In this document: positions 25,067 to 39,818 of the stretch, piece after piece
Position numbering within the stretch: the first letter of the stretch is position 1
How the letters are laid out: every line of letters starts with the position of its first letter
NCBI GenBank assembly: GCA_037379345.1
Contig: CM074511.1
Span: forward strand, 48,490,862 to 48,554,861
Length of the DNA: 64,000 nucleotides
Reading direction: 5' to 3'
Source: Perna viridis
Taxonomy: Eukaryota
Made by a program: the position numbers and the translations under genes
Notes under the pieces: generated by a model
The model's input: only the letters and a program-made list of their open reading frames with translations
What the model was told of the DNA's origin: nothing
The model's database searches: none

Positions 25067-28000
25067 TTGTCATGAATGGGAAGAACATGTTTTGTTTCTT
25101 ATATGTGTTGTACATCTGTTCATATAATGGACTAAATGTTAATACTTAAAACAAAGTGAACTAGAAATACTAATAGAGACCTGTACAGTATTTCCACTAA
25201 AGTGCAGACACCTTTTTGTATAAACAAAATACCAGCCCAAAAATTGACATTGAAGGCAGTCCATAAAAACAAACACTTAGGCCTTTCTTTCCATTTGTGA
25301 AAAAGTAAATGGGGTAAAATGACTAGCTCCTTTACCTAGAGAATTTCTTGAGTCAAGATATGATAAATAATATCTGGTAAATCACTGCCTACACAAATGT
25401 TGAAATTTCAATTTACTTCATTTTATGTTATTCCAAGTTTATTTTAACACAAGATAAATCTAGAAAACACTGAGTAATTTGTAAAGACACCAAATATCTA
25501 TATTCTGAAGAGGCAAGTGGAAACTTAAAATGGAAATAAATAGCCACTCACTGTCATAGAGTTCCTTAAGATCCTTTGATTAGAAGACTGTAATGTCTAC
25601 CTAATGAATATAAAATGTGTGTAAGACCGAAATCGTACATAAACTGTAGTCATTCAACTGAAAGGAAAATTCATGGACAAGTTCTGTGAAAACCAATAAA
25701 TCTAGAATACTAATACCTTCCTCTCAATAAAAATCATATTAAATCTGTCAAATCAATTTTTCACAAGTTTTTGTCAGTGTATTGAAAAAAACTATAAACC
25801 ATTTAAAAAGATCTAAATGTATATTTATTACACTTTAAAACTCTTGGTTTCATTTGATGTTAACCAATAGTGGTGATTAGATTGAAAGATCTATACTTAT
25901 ATGATACATTTGTATAATCAATGTATATATATTAAGTTATTTTTGGTAAGCCAACATTTATTAAAATTGTTACTCCAGATAATAATTATCAAATTACAAG
26001 AAGTACCATCTACTATTGAGGCTTCATTTGTCAAAAGGAAGCCAGAAAATTGATATCTAATGATATGTTTAAGCCTGTGTTACTAAATGGCTAAAATTAA
26101 TATCTAAAGTTATGTTACAGCCTGAGCTACAAAATGGCTAGTCTGTTCTAAAATAGTTGTCTGAGCGTTCCAAGAAGTACGAAAATATTTTTCTGCTTTT
26201 ATGACCTTCAACTGATGAACAATACAAATTCATACATATACTGATTATAAAATCAGTAATAGTGTCGTGTCAGAGAGGGGCACATGTATACAAATGTTTT
26301 AGAGAATGAAGACACATGACAATAGTGTCTAAATTGTCATGCAGATGGTTTAACATCAAGTTGGCATAACTACTTGATAAAACAACCAAATAAAAAAACA
26401 GCCTCAAAAAGAGCAACCTGAAGTGTGGCACCTTCCTTACCATAAAAATGTGACTCTTTGACTTCAAAAATCAAGAGCCCCAGACTCTTCTAATAAATAA
26501 ATATAAAGGAAGTTAGGTCAATCCCAAAAGGAGGATGTTTTGGAATGAGGGACAACCTTTGGACTACTGTGGTACATATTCATCTACATTTTTGTTTAAA
26601 GAGGAAAAAGTGAACAAATGGCAAAAAAACTTCTTTTTCAAATATTTATGCACATGCAAGGCTTTAAACTTGTCAATTCAAAGCACCAAGACTTTTATAA
26701 AGGGCTCTTATTGATATGTTCAGATGTACTAAAAGGTTTTAATTAGCAATCGCATGTATGTCTAAGAGTGAGAAAGCAAACATCAAATATTGCCTAACAG
26801 ATCTAAAAACTTCGCATACTCAAATTTTGAAGGGTTCTTTTTTCACTTTCCAGATAATAAAAAACTTATCTATTTGCTCTTCAATTACAAAGTTGATGAT
26901 ATGTGACCTTGGCTATTTAAAATGTAGAAGTTTACTTTAGAAATTAAAATGCTTTTTGTGTCCAAAAGTATGAGTCTTTATATGTCAAAATATTAAAAGC
27001 TGAGAGAGGATTACCACGAACTGAACCAACATTTTATTTGCTTAATAGAACAGAAAAATATGTTATACAAACAAATTTTAATGTGATCTTGGAGTAACCT
27101 AGGAGTTGAATGAATGCCTTGTACAAAATTTCAGTTATACATTGTATTACACAGAAACAAATTTTATACATTTGATAGTTGTAAGAGACTGTCTGGTTAA
27201 AGATTCTCCAAAACAATTATGTTATCAAGTTGGTTTCATCTAAGTTTTTCCTGCTACCTTGATGATAATTACAAAGTAACCAGTAACTACAGTATTGTAA
27301 TAAAAACACTATGAACTCTGTTGCAGTGAGCCCAGAAGGGCAAGGTGTGATCCAAGAGATACTACCATTGATCAAAAGTTACTGATGAAATATGTCTGAC
27401 AGTAAAACAATGGGAGAATGTTTAAAGTTGGCAAAATACTGGATCAATATCATACAAGCACATTAATACCCAAGTTTTTCTAGTTCTTATTCTGACCTGA
27501 AGACTCAAAAATAATGCTTTAAGTATTTCTTACACATAAACTGACTTGTAACTATCACTCCGTTACATTTTACTTCTCCCTTACTGTAGTTACACTAGCT
27601 TGTCACACAGAACTGTTGGCCAAGTAAACATATTCTAATGTTTACTGGTCATTAGCTATACATGTACAATGTTTATGAAAGAGGAATGACAATTGTAAAA
27701 CAGCAAAAAACTGAGGATTCAAATAACAATACAAAATTTCCCACCACCCTATATTTGAGAGTTGCCTGTGAGAATCCTCATTTGGTAAATATACACCAAT
27801 ACTTTTTTCTCATTAAATGAACTGATCTCAAACAGAACATTGATTTGTTTAATTGATAATATAGTCACACTTAACATGAATAATGTGATGAGGAAAATTT
27901 TAGACAAACCTCATACCATGACTGTCAATGTCTATACTAGTTTTCTAAAGAATGAAAGAAGTAAAACGGGAAAAAAATGCTTACCTTACCCCAAATTGGA

Positions 28001-31000
28001 GAGGTTGAAATCCAAATTGTTTATTAAATGGTAAAAATAAAATCACATATCTATTTTAACCAATTAAAGATTGGGTGGAGAGAGATTGCTCTGCATACAC
28101 GATGGTATTTAAAATTTAAACTTCTATCAATAACATATTAGTGAAAGTGAGGTTCTTACTATCTGGCATATCACAGCAGAACTTAATTCATGCATAAAAC
28201 TTCTTTCCGAACACCTAAAACATCCCTAAATCTAACAATATAATCCATAAAGACAAAAAAGATATAAATACAAATGTACTTATGATGATGGTCCTCTGAG
28301 GCTCTCTATGATTGAAACTATATCTAAATGGTAGAATCATGATTTGTGATATCATACAATACTGCCCATCCTTGCCTTATTGTCCAAGAGCATTCACAAT
28401 TTGAATTTGTATAAATTGTGTATGTCAATGACTTTTAGCTTTATGGCACAAGTAAAACAGAAAACAGGGTTGGAAATAGAATAAGAAAAGAAGTAAAATC
28501 TTAGTATCACAACTAAGGACAGATGATACGATACAGGTATCTTTCTAACCAACAGTCTGTTATGACGGCTCATCGTTGAATTGTTACACCTCTATTAATC
28601 TGAGACATAGCAAAGCTTACATGATATGATAAAAGAAATGCATTATGGTATACTTGTAATAAGGATTAGAAAAGTGACTACATGTACTATGTATACTGCT
28701 TACCAGGATTTAGCGAACTACAGACCTCCTTAGTCAACTATAGCCTCCTACTGAGTACTGCTGTGGACGAAGTAAATATGATTGATTTGGGAAACAGTGT
28801 GACAGAGTCCTAAGTATTGCTGATAAGAATAGAAAGCTTACGTAAAGTGCATGTTGTACACAAATACAAATGACAAATAGGGTAAAGTTGAACACAATAA
28901 ATACTTTTCACATGTACATGGTAAACTGATCAGACTTGACTAACTGTACTAACAACATTTTGAGAGTCTACATGATTGTGTGAGAGTGTTAGAGAACAGT
29001 GAGAGTTATCTCTGATTAAATTCTATTTGTTTAACACCGAGGTTTCTGAGAGACTAAACTATTGATATACATGTAAACAATTCTAAGATCAAGTTTTATG
29101 GTCTTGATTGATTTTAAAGATTTCTGAACTATTGACAGGTACAAAAAGTTATAATCCATTGAAACCAAAGTTATGTCCGATTCTTGTTAAAGGACTTCAG
29201 AAAAGACAGGTATTAGTAACTCTGAGAAATATAAGGTGCATGACCCTTTCATGAAATCAACAAAAGATCACCCTGTGTTCACGTGATATAAGCATTGAAT
29301 AACAGTCCATGAGAAGCTATCAACTTTTACTGGACATTTTGTGCCATGAAATTTTTAATCTTGCTGGATCACATGAAATACTTTTTCATATGTTCAGTAA
29401 AGTATTATTTATTCCCAAACAAAGTCTAGACATTTACCAGTACTGTGAATAATAAAAGCCTTTTTCCACATCATAGATCTTTTACATGGAGATGACCAAA
29501 CATCCAACTTTTTCTGTACATGTACAATAATAAATATTTTAATCAGAAACTGATAATCCTCAAACACATATCTGGGACAATTCTACAAACAGCAAAGATG
29601 GGAGAAAAAGATGCACTGTACATTTTATAACTGCAAGTCTTTGTTTAACACACGTTTTTTTATAAAGTTGAACAAATTGTGTGTATAAGAAGGTAAATGA
29701 ATATGTACAACTTCAGATAATGGTATGAGGAATAATTGCTGAGAAAATGCACTGAAGTACATTCAAAGAAAAAGTTATCATAAGTGAATAGGAATTCGGA
29801 AAAATCTTCCAATGATAACCAGTATAAATTAACAATGACATATATTCTCATATGATTTTGTTTTTTTTTTTTCATTCAAGCTTCAATGTACACAGAGGAG
29901 AAATTATTCAGATTCTTCCAAAATATTTGTATACAGTTACACACCTATTTCAATGAACAATGCAATAACTTTAAATACAATGTAATGAATACTGAGTCAG
30001 TGTGTGTAACAATACTACATCTATAGTCAAAACAGCATTTAAATTTATTATAACATAACATATATTCCTTGTCAGATTCTCAACTTGATACAAAATTACA
30101 TTATCATAGAATTACAAAAAAATAAAAAAACAACATTTATTCTAATGGTACATGTATTATGAAAAAAATGAATTGAGTATATACTGATTTAGCTTACCTT
30201 GTAAGAAGGAACACTTTTCCATGAACTGTGGTTCCCTATTAATGATCCCTACAACAGGTCAGCTAATAAATGAAGATGTTTATCGAATCAATAACACTGT
30301 TGTGCTGTTCAAATCCATGCGTGTTCTCAAAAAAAAAGATATAATCATATACCTACATTACAGCTCTGTCTCAATTAAAATTGAGGACTCGTCAAGATCC
30401 GAGACTATAATTTTATCATCACTTGGAATCTAAATTACATATATAAATGATCATACTTATAGCAATTAACATTTAAAATAACATCAATTATTTATAAAAT
30501 GAATGGAAAAATAGTTCTGATTTTATGTCAATCTGGTGTTCCTTGAATACACAAACTGTAATACAAACATTAGTGATTGTTCAATCATCAAAGTAAAAAC
30601 AAATTACACAACATTTCCTCCTGAATGATTTAAAACTTAAAGTGTTGTAAACTATAAAATCATTTAGGAATAAACCACAAGTATCACAATTAATAGAACT
30701 ATTTACAGAAAGAATAATAACATCTAGTAAAAGCATAAAAATTGATAAAGGAAAAGTTAATGGTGTCCAAAACATTAATTAAACCTCCACAACATTATTG
30801 TTATATTTGCTCAAAATTCTCTCTCTAACAATTAAACTGGAATCTGGGGCTACCAGAGCATTACCAAGATGTATGATAAAAACATTTAACCTTCTGACCA
30901 AATAAACTTCTTTATACAAGTTTCCAATTCTTGATAAATTTTCTCAGAAAGATGGAAACTATATCTAGAAAGCCAACCAGCACATCTATCATTTTTACAT

Positions 31001-31658
31001 CCAATGGCTTCCTTAAGATTTGATAATACCCGAGTAGATCATCTATTCTCTATAAAGCCAGAGAAAGCTACCTTGTTTAACTAGTTACCTTAAGCTCTCA
31101 GAATTGCTTTCATGCTTGTATGTTGTTCTTTACATTGGTGGTAGTTTTCTTTGCCTGTTCTCTGTCAATTGACAGTTGAATTTTGAATATTGCTATATCT
31201 TTATACATGTATATTCCCAGTAATGTTGAAAAGTAGTCATGAGGGTAAAATAAGGCAAAATGAAATGTATTTCCTGTTACCCTACCTATCCTATTATGTT
31301 TGTACTTACCTTAAACATTTTATGGCCATTTTGCCCCAAGCACTGTCTGGACTAAAGTCTAGATTGTTCCCCATTAACTGACATAATGTAAATGCTTTTG
31401 AAAAATAAATTCCCCTCCCTACCTAACTTTTTTTTTAGCTGAAAGAAGAAAACAAGATTAATACAATTTTTTAGCATATTGGGTTTCGAACTAAATGTTA
31501 ACACCAGTACATCATTAAAACTAAACAAAAATATCTTAACAATACATGTAGTAATTATCTCATATAAAATTCATCAATGTAAATATCTTCATCACATCAT
31601 AACCACTTTACTTCTACAGACATTCATATACACAAAAAATAAGCAAATGACTGCTTAA

Positions 31659-32040
31659 GCGTCAGTCCTTGTAAGAATCAGGCAGTAGGTGAAACATGGT
31701 ATGAAAAAAACCCATCATTTTGATAGTGTAATTTGACTATTTGCAGCATCAGAATCAAAGAAAACAGACAAGATTTTCCATATCATGCTGGACCACTGAA
31801 TTACAATTTTATTGAAATGCACTGAAAATGAACATTTCAAGGACAGATAACTCTGTCAAATCCTCATTTTTCTAAGATTCTATCGAAAAATTTCTGAGCA
31901 AAGCCAATGATGCAGAGATCAAATAATGATCTTTTCAAATAGAGAAAGTATCCTTGAGTGACATTTTATTGTCAGATTAGTGGGGCTTTGACATGCATGT
32001 TTCTGATTTTTTTCCATTTTGCCTGATTCTTACACATAAC
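31659..32040. mobile_element. Degenerate TIR element related to the TTAA-flanked element at 46758
   Basis: Inverted repeats gtaagaatcaggca and tgcctgattcttac. Confidence 0.55.
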
Positions 32041-33419
32041 CATCTGCAAACCACTGTATCAGGAACTTTAAAATGTACATTTTCAAAAGCATTTTGTTCT
32101 CAATAAAAATCCTTTATATGTTGCACATACACTAATACCTATACATGTAAATTAAAATGACCATGCAATTGCTACAATCTAATGACTAATATCACTTTTT
32201 ACAGAAAAGAGAACAAAGTTAAGGAACCTGTTAAACAAGTCAAAACCACACACAGAAATATAAATACAGTTCAATTTCTGTAATGTTTTACTACAACCAA
32301 TAGTGTTGTATTTTACTGCCATGAGTAACAAATTATTTGATTAACGAAAAGATGATTGTAGGCCTAGTGTAAGAAAAGTTTCAGAAATAATGCCATTAAT
32401 GGATAATAAAAATTAAAAAAAAACACTCTTAAATTGTTCAGGAATTTAAACAGCTTTAGTTAAGCAATGACACCAAATGGCCACATTTCCTTAAATAAGA
32501 GTCCATCAACTGATACATTTCCCTGGTTTATGTTATTGACTATGATCATACAAATGTACCATTAAAAACTTTAACACAAAATCAACATTTATTTCATGTA
32601 AAATATCCAAGGTACATTGTACTTCAATAAGCTATTAGTGTTAGACCAACTTTTTCTCATCAATAATGAAATAAACCTGAATCCTTTTAATAGAAATTCC
32701 AAAATAAGCTATAATTTTACAGATAACATGGGACAATTCTACAAAAGTTGTTAGGATGTTCTCAAATACATGTACATATATTTTAAAGAGTATCTGAACA
32801 CTACAAGAAAAAACTTGTTCAAAGGGAAATAACTCAAACCAACAAACTGCCTTTCTGTGACACTCACAAAAGTCAAGTTCAGGGACCAATACTAATAGTA
32901 ATCTGGTAGTCCTGTGCCAACCTAATTTTCAAGAGGGCTACTGAAAAACTTTCATGATTGTCCAATAAGCTATCTAAATTCTGCCTTATTTTTCATAAGA
33001 ACAGAACAGTCATTACCATCTGCAGACTACCTGTTTTATCTCTGAAGTAGTCCTGTTGACCAGCAAATAAATTAAGTAAGTGTCAAACCCTGACGTAAGG
33101 TTCATGAAAACAGTAATTAACCCATTTCATTTCAAACCACATTTATTCAATAATTACAGATGATAAAGTAGGAATTAGAAGAAACTAATCCTGAATGGTT
33201 TCACTAGACTTATGAATAGTTAAACTTTCCTATACTGTCACTCATTCAAAAAATTATTTCTGAAACACAGGCTTTCATTTATGCTTATTCTAAAAGAACA
33301 AATCACTCACCAAATGATTGTGGCAAAAATGAGTAGGAAAAAGTACATACAAGTAAAAAACAGACATGAATAATTGTTACTCGCTATCTCCAAATACAAC
33401 ACAAGAAAGAGAGACTTAC

Positions 33420-33573
33420 TTGATTCTGTCCTGCTTTGTTGGGTCATCACTTTTGTTCTGTCTGTCACCATCACCATTCTTAACTGGTGTCTTCTTCCTG
33501 TTGGTTTCTCCTTCCAAACTTTTACCAAAACTGATGCCAGTTACTTTCTGTCCTTCTGCATTAGCTAAACAAT
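33420..33573 (-). CDS. Second exon for the distal first exons, phase 1 to 2 ((D/Y)CLANAEGQKVTG...DPTKQDRI-K)
   Basis: Acceptor ctttctttttatttcag, donor AA|gtaagt. It is open in the frame set by the 38175 and 37921 donors. Confidence 0.8.
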
Positions 33574-36500
33574 CTGAAATAAAAAGAAAGTCTTTTGCAG
33601 AACAGTGCTGTTTGAACCATTCCCCATAATATAGCTAGAAAATAATGCAGTTAATTTTCAGCAACTACTACTAGTATAGTACCAGTTAATAACAAAAAAT
33701 GAAAATCAATCCTAACCTAAAAAATCAGGTTTACAGCTTAAAACATTAATGAACAAATAATTCTAGATGAATGCAACAAGCTTCTTGAGCTAAAATTAAA
33801 TATTGTAAGTGTGCCGGTAATGTTTTAATGAACTAATTGTCTGCATTGACAACCAAAAGATAAGGTCATCATGTGCTTAGTTCTTCTAAAGTAATGTATA
33901 TTTTGACTTCAGAGAACTTTAGAGTAATGGTTTCTGTGACACCAGTCGGGCTATAATAGCTTAACATATTTTAAAAATCTTTATCTAGAACTACTAATAA
34001 AAGCCCGACACTCAGAAGCAATCGAAAGCAACAGTCTTTGCCATTGTCTATCTCATTACAAAACCTCTTCAATAATTCAAACATTGGTTCAAACTGGTAC
34101 ATGGGTAATTGTACTCAATACTCCTAAGTTCTCAATACATGAAGATCGAGTCTCAAATGCACATTTGACATTGATACTTAACATGCTTAAACAAAATTAT
34201 CACTATAAAATTATGCAATATTGGAGGCAGAATTGAAATCCATTTCTTTATATCTCATTCATGAGTTCTATAATGTAATTTCAAAAAATAAGTCATTGTT
34301 GATGAACACATTTTTATATTATTTTGATTTTGATATAAGTACTATAATTTTCATAAGTTCCAACATGCCGCAATGTTCTTCCATTGAAACCACTTTTAAT
34401 CCCTTCTTTGAACGATTTTTTTATTTAGAAACGCACAATAGTTTAATAATGTAAGTGCTTCATTGTTTTCAATTGCTTATGAAGAGCTGCGTATAGAAGA
34501 ATTTGATGTACCGGTAAACAAAAGCTAAAGATTCCCTTGGTATGCTACTCTTGGTACATGTATGTGTTATCATACAAATTTGATCAAAACACTGTTTGTA
34601 ATATTCTGCCGGAAACTGAGACTTATAATTATCAATTTAAGTTCATATACAGTCAAAACTGTCTTTTAAAAGTAACCTACAAAGAGACAGAAAAATTGTG
34701 GTCGCATAAGACATAGTCTTTATGTACAGGTGACTTTATACATAATGCACTTCATAGGGATATCATACAATACAAAAAAAATGTACAATTAACTGATAAT
34801 AAAATCATAGGCATTCCATTGCTGACAGACATTTTGAAGAACATCATTTCACAATTCCCAAACCAAACAGTCAGATACACATAAGACCAAAATTTTAATT
34901 TTTTGGGGTATTCTGAAGAAGTTTTCTACACCCCAATATCAAAATATGAAACAGTTTATACAAATAATGAAGATGTAAAACAAATACATTATGTATAATG
35001 AATGAAATACAAAGCATTCATATGAAAAGGTTATTGAAATGGCAAAAATTATTTACACTTTAAATGTACATGTAGTCTTGGTTCAACCATATCTATTTAC
35101 CTATATAGTCAGGTGTCAAGGGGCCCGGGTCAACAGTATAGACCTTAACAGTCTCTAGACTATATGTGTAAATTTTGACAAAAATATCAGCAACTGATAG
35201 ATGATAATATGAAATAATGACAATACTGAAAAGTTAGGTTACAAAATCCAAATATGTTATCAATGTGTTTTATAGATTAGAGTTGATGGCATTGATATAA
35301 AAAGCTTACATATTTTATGTTCACTGACCTCTCATGAAAAAGTATGAACTATAATTTTAATTATGTTTTTTTTTCTTGTAACTCTGATTTACTTTCCTTG
35401 ACTTAAAAACCTTAAGAGAAATCTAATTGAAAAACACTTGTAGGAATTTTCATATTGTATCTAATAAAATCAAGTTTTGAATTCATGAATTTAAATTTAA
35501 TTTGAAAAAAAAAAAAAAAAAAAAAAAGGGCAATAACTAATTACTTCACAATATAGAGTAGTAATTGTGTAAATTGTAACAACATCTTATAGTAAGTCAT
35601 ATCCCCTTTATAAAAAAGCCACATTTACTACAATGATCATATTTTCCCCTACTTATACCAACAAAAATCAAATAACCCACAGGTCACTGGACACAAATAT
35701 TAGTAAGAATTCAACAATTGAATTAAGTCCTTGGACAGAATAACATTCTTAGCTTTTTCAATAAAAATCATCTTTGTTAAATTTATCCTTTGCAGACAAA
35801 TCAATTTACTATAATCAGTTCACACTGGTTTAAACTCTACTTCTTTTCATTTTCAGTCCAATAACTACTTATAAAAAGGTAATCAAGTTGATTAAAAATG
35901 TTCTTTTTGTGTCTTTTCATGTCAAATTGTTAAGTTGTCACACTGTTATTCAGGAAAGATGAATACAAAATTAGCTGACACACTGTATTACATTGTAACT
36001 AAAATGAACACCGAGATGGAAAAGTTGCAAAACTACAAATACATTTAAGAAAGTTCATCAGAAATGTTATTTTGCTCACATATAGTAATACTCACTACCA
36101 TAACTCTAAATTATTCACTGCTTTGGTCCCTCATGAGGAAAATGAATTTAGGTGAATAAAGTGTAATAGGTAAAAGAAACCATTGTCTAAGAAAAGTTGG
36201 TATGAAGGGTAATTCAGTCACTCAGGTATTGGTCGTACAAACCAATGTCAATCTTAGGGTACCCTTAGCTTTTATTAAAACTTATTCTTCCAATGTTCCC
36301 AAGGAGATAAACTCTCCAATCAGAGGTCTAGTGGGTCAATACTCAGGCCAGAAAACTTGCCATTAAATTGTCAATCTGGCATCAACAACTTTCCAGAATA
36401 TTGGAAATAACACGCAATCCTCCAAAGACAGTAAAGAAAAATTATGAAAGATAGTTTTCATCAAGTGTTCAATATATATATGCTTTACCATACTGGTAAT

Positions 36501-37920
36501 ACACTATATTCTCTACATAGTAAAAATTACAGCACTTCAGACATGTCTAATCTACTGGTAAATTCATTTTTGGAAACCCATTTATTAAAAAGCTAATCAA
36601 CCAGATTACAAAAATATGACAGATACATATCAACAGCTTCCCAGACATTGAAAAAAATATTTTTATAACTAACTACTTCTATTAAATTTATGAACTCCAC
36701 AGTGTAAACATTGTTTGAGTGCTTTATTAACTTCAATATTCCTTTCTTTTGTTGTCATTTGACAAGCAAATATTGCATTAACGTTACTGACTGGTATCTT
36801 TTAATATCAAATATGTGCTTCAATTAGTTAACAAACATAAAGAGAAAAAATAAAAAGACACTGTGAACCATCCGTGTGATAATATAATGAAAAATGACAC
36901 CATTCACTAAAACTTCAAATTATCAATTGAACCAAAACAGCTTCAGCTAGTACAGTTAATACAAGAAAGAAATGGTGCCAATAGGTTATCTTTGAAAGCT
37001 GTTTATGCAAACAAACTTGCCTTTTTAATCTATGTATTATTTGCCAAGTAAAAGTTTTATATCCTCATAGTAAAGACCTTTGATAACTATCTGATAATAT
37101 AGTATCTATATCTATATAATATAGCTACAAAAACAAGTGTAGATTTATACTTCAAAGCATAGACTTGTAATTACATTTCTCCCATTTTAAGTTGGTGATT
37201 GAAATTGCATGCGACTTTCTAACCATCAAGCAGTGATTAAATTTCTGTGAGTTTTCCCGCCATTTTACATAACTGAATTTTCTACAGATTTCATGAGAGA
37301 AACCAATTCTCCTTCAGCCTATTCTTGATTTAAATCATTACTCCACTCTCTATGGTAAAATTAAGGTTTTATCGTGCTCAATAAAGCCTGCATGATGAAA
37401 ACTGTTTTAACTTTCTTCAGTGGAGAAATAATTAAAACCACTCTTACTGAAGGAGAATCTGTATTTAATTCCAGGTCTATGTTCAGAGACTACAGGGGTT
37501 CAAGTTTTCCATCAATTAAAAGTTGCAGTAATTTGAAGCAACACCAAATTTTTTTTAATGACAAGGGGAATTTGTACAGTTTTTTTTACCATATAAATGT
37601 ACTCCTGTATTCATAGACAAGTATTGCTGTAGTTAACACATGTAATATATACAGGTATATATGATAAAATTTTGAAAACCTGATCTGCCCACGTGAAATA
37701 TCTAAATCAGCTATAATAAACAACTCTCTCAGAGTCTCGAGAGAAAATTAAATGTATTCTGAACATCCTACTTATAGATTTTTATACAAAAAATGATTTT
37801 GTATATGGTACAAGGTATCCTAGCTGTAATAACTAGATGTGTGTTGGTGCTGATGGTAAATTGCCCAGACACCTTGTTGGGTATATATATAGATCTATAT
37901 ATCGAGTTCACCCCACTTAC

Positions 37921-38113
37921 ATCGAAATTGTATGTTGTTAATATATGAGCTTATTTCGTGGCATTTCGAGCAGTTACATAATGCCAATAGGTGGAGTAAG
38001 TGATCCTCCTCGGAGATTTTTTTCACATTCATTTTCAGTGTGAAAATCGGTTTTGCATGGCTTCGATCTTTCAGTTCAGTTGTGTCAAGCTGTGATAGCG
38101 AAACGGCTAACAT
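37921..38113 (-). CDS. Alternative first (or cassette) exon, 64 aa (MLAVS...HLLALCNCSKCHEISSYINNIQFR), phase 1
   Basis: ORF ends at T|gtaagt, in phase with the 33573 acceptor. Confidence 0.6.
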
Positions 38114-38132
38114 TATGAGATCAGTCCCGGTT

Positions 38133-38144
38133 CTACCATGGTAG
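38133..38144. promoter_or_regulatory. Palindrome CTACCATGGTAG, resembling an RFX X-box
   Basis: Perfect 12-bp palindrome 20 nt upstream of the 38113 ATG; similar to GTTNCCATGGNAAC. Confidence 0.35.
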
Positions 38145-38174
38145 CGGTCAAATTTCGTAAAAAAAATTACTTAC

Positions 38175-38406
38175 CGGAATTATCGCTTTGAATAAAAGTG
38201 TTAGATTTCAGGAGTCGGAAACTACTTCTGTGTTCCACTGGCAATAGTACTTTTTTCTTGTATCGCAATTGGTGGGGTGGCGTTTTTGGTACATCATATT
38301 TTAACTTCACAACTGGTGCAACAACCTGCGATCTCTCCAATGTATAACCTCTGGAGAAGGTTAAGTCCGTCGTTGATCGTGTAAATGATTTTACTATATC
38401 ACTCAT
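38175..38406 (-). CDS. Most distal first coding exon, 77 aa (MSDIVKSFTRSTTDL...FIQSDNS), phase 1
   Basis: ataATGagt start and G|gtaagt donor; in phase with the 33573 exon. Confidence 0.78.
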
Positions 38407-39315
38407 TATAATTGATTCCGTTCATTATCCACCTATCAATGAATTAAATCTTACGTTATATTCCAATCCATTGCCACTTCAATGAATATATATTCACTTG
38501 TGAATTTAGTTTATGAGCATAAAACCTCCGCACATTCTAACAACACATCCGCAACTCCTGTTGGATTTTAAAGGCTAATATTAAAACATCAAATAAATAC
38601 ATCCACTGTACAAAAGATTTGTATCAGTTGTTTTAAATAAATGATCATTTCATTTAACATATCAAAGTGTTCAAATAGACTGTCATTATCGCACAATGCC
38701 CTTTTCAGGTGTTACATTTTAACACATGCCAGACGCAAAAGGCAACACTTCTACACAGTAGCAAAGCGATAGTGATTCTAAATACTTATCAAAATGTAAA
38801 CAATACAGATATATTTTTAATGTAGCTATAAAGCATCTAAATCTCTTTCATACATTGTAGTATCACTAATGGTGTAAATTTGATGCTCTATCTCCTGATC
38901 CGAACAAAAGAACCTACTATTTCGTAATAAAAATTATTCTCCTGAATAAGAAATTGAGTGTGATAACGCTATTTTAATCGCGAACTCATTACAAATTCAA
39001 ATCTAATATGATCAGACTGAATTAAATGATATTATTTCTATAGTTCAATTTTGTGTCGTTGTCAACTGTTGAACCGTAAAGTGCAAATTACAACGCTATA
39101 TACCAGTATATACAGCTGTATATATATTTAATAGGTACACGATAAACATTGATATGTCTCAGATATAGTAAAGAATCGGAACTATCCGCGGAAATTCGTT
39201 CACTACGCTGATGAGCAAAAAAGTCAACCTGTCTGTCTTTTTAGTATTTTAATTTAAGATTTAGAATCCAAAGAGAGAATTTCCATACAGATACTGAAAA
39301 AATGAAATTGGCATT

Positions 39316-39669
39316 TTGGTTAAGCTCTTCCTCGAAGCCTTTTTATGCGGAAGCAAGTATTTGTTTAATGTTTTTACAAAGGAGGGATTTGTCTCCCTCC
39401 GATTCATTAACGACCTTCTACAAATGTTCCAGACAAGTGGTATAGGATGCTTCATTGGCTCTATACTTTGCGGTGTTCCAACCATTGCTGAAGACGTACA
39501 TGCTTAGCGGCACATGATCCACTAGTATTACAATGCTAGATATACAACAAACTTTTGGTAGAGAGAGTGATACCTGGTTAGTGAAACAAAAACAAACATT
39601 ATGACTACTAGTACTAACTGCATGTGAAAACAAAGGGATCTCGAACCTTTGGACTCTTAATGATGCCAA
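39316..39669 (+). pseudogene. Non-LTR retrotransposon (LINE) reverse-transcriptase remnant, 5' part
   Basis: FINDLLQMFQTSGIGCFIGSILCGVPTIAED resembles the RT ADD region, then MLDIQQ... and NLWTLNDA, with frameshifts. Confidence 0.8.
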
Positions 39670-39817
39670 TGTCGAGGATTGTAGGCTACGCTCATTGTAC
39701 TTACTTTATGTCCTTGTGACGTTCATAACGTTTCAGTATCAATACAAGTTTGAAAGCAACCTGACGTTTTCATTCACACTCGAGTTTATAGTGTCCGATT
39801 CAAACCATTCTACGATA
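39670..39817 (+). repeat. 5' LTR (148 bp)
   Basis: tgtcgaggattgtagg...cattctacgata; direct repeat of 42443-42602. Confidence 0.95.
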
Positions 39818-39818
39818 T

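Noticed and set aside
28704-28810. Exon-like segment with a gtaagc donor (minus strand)
   Set aside because: All three frames contain stops; at most a non-coding exon.
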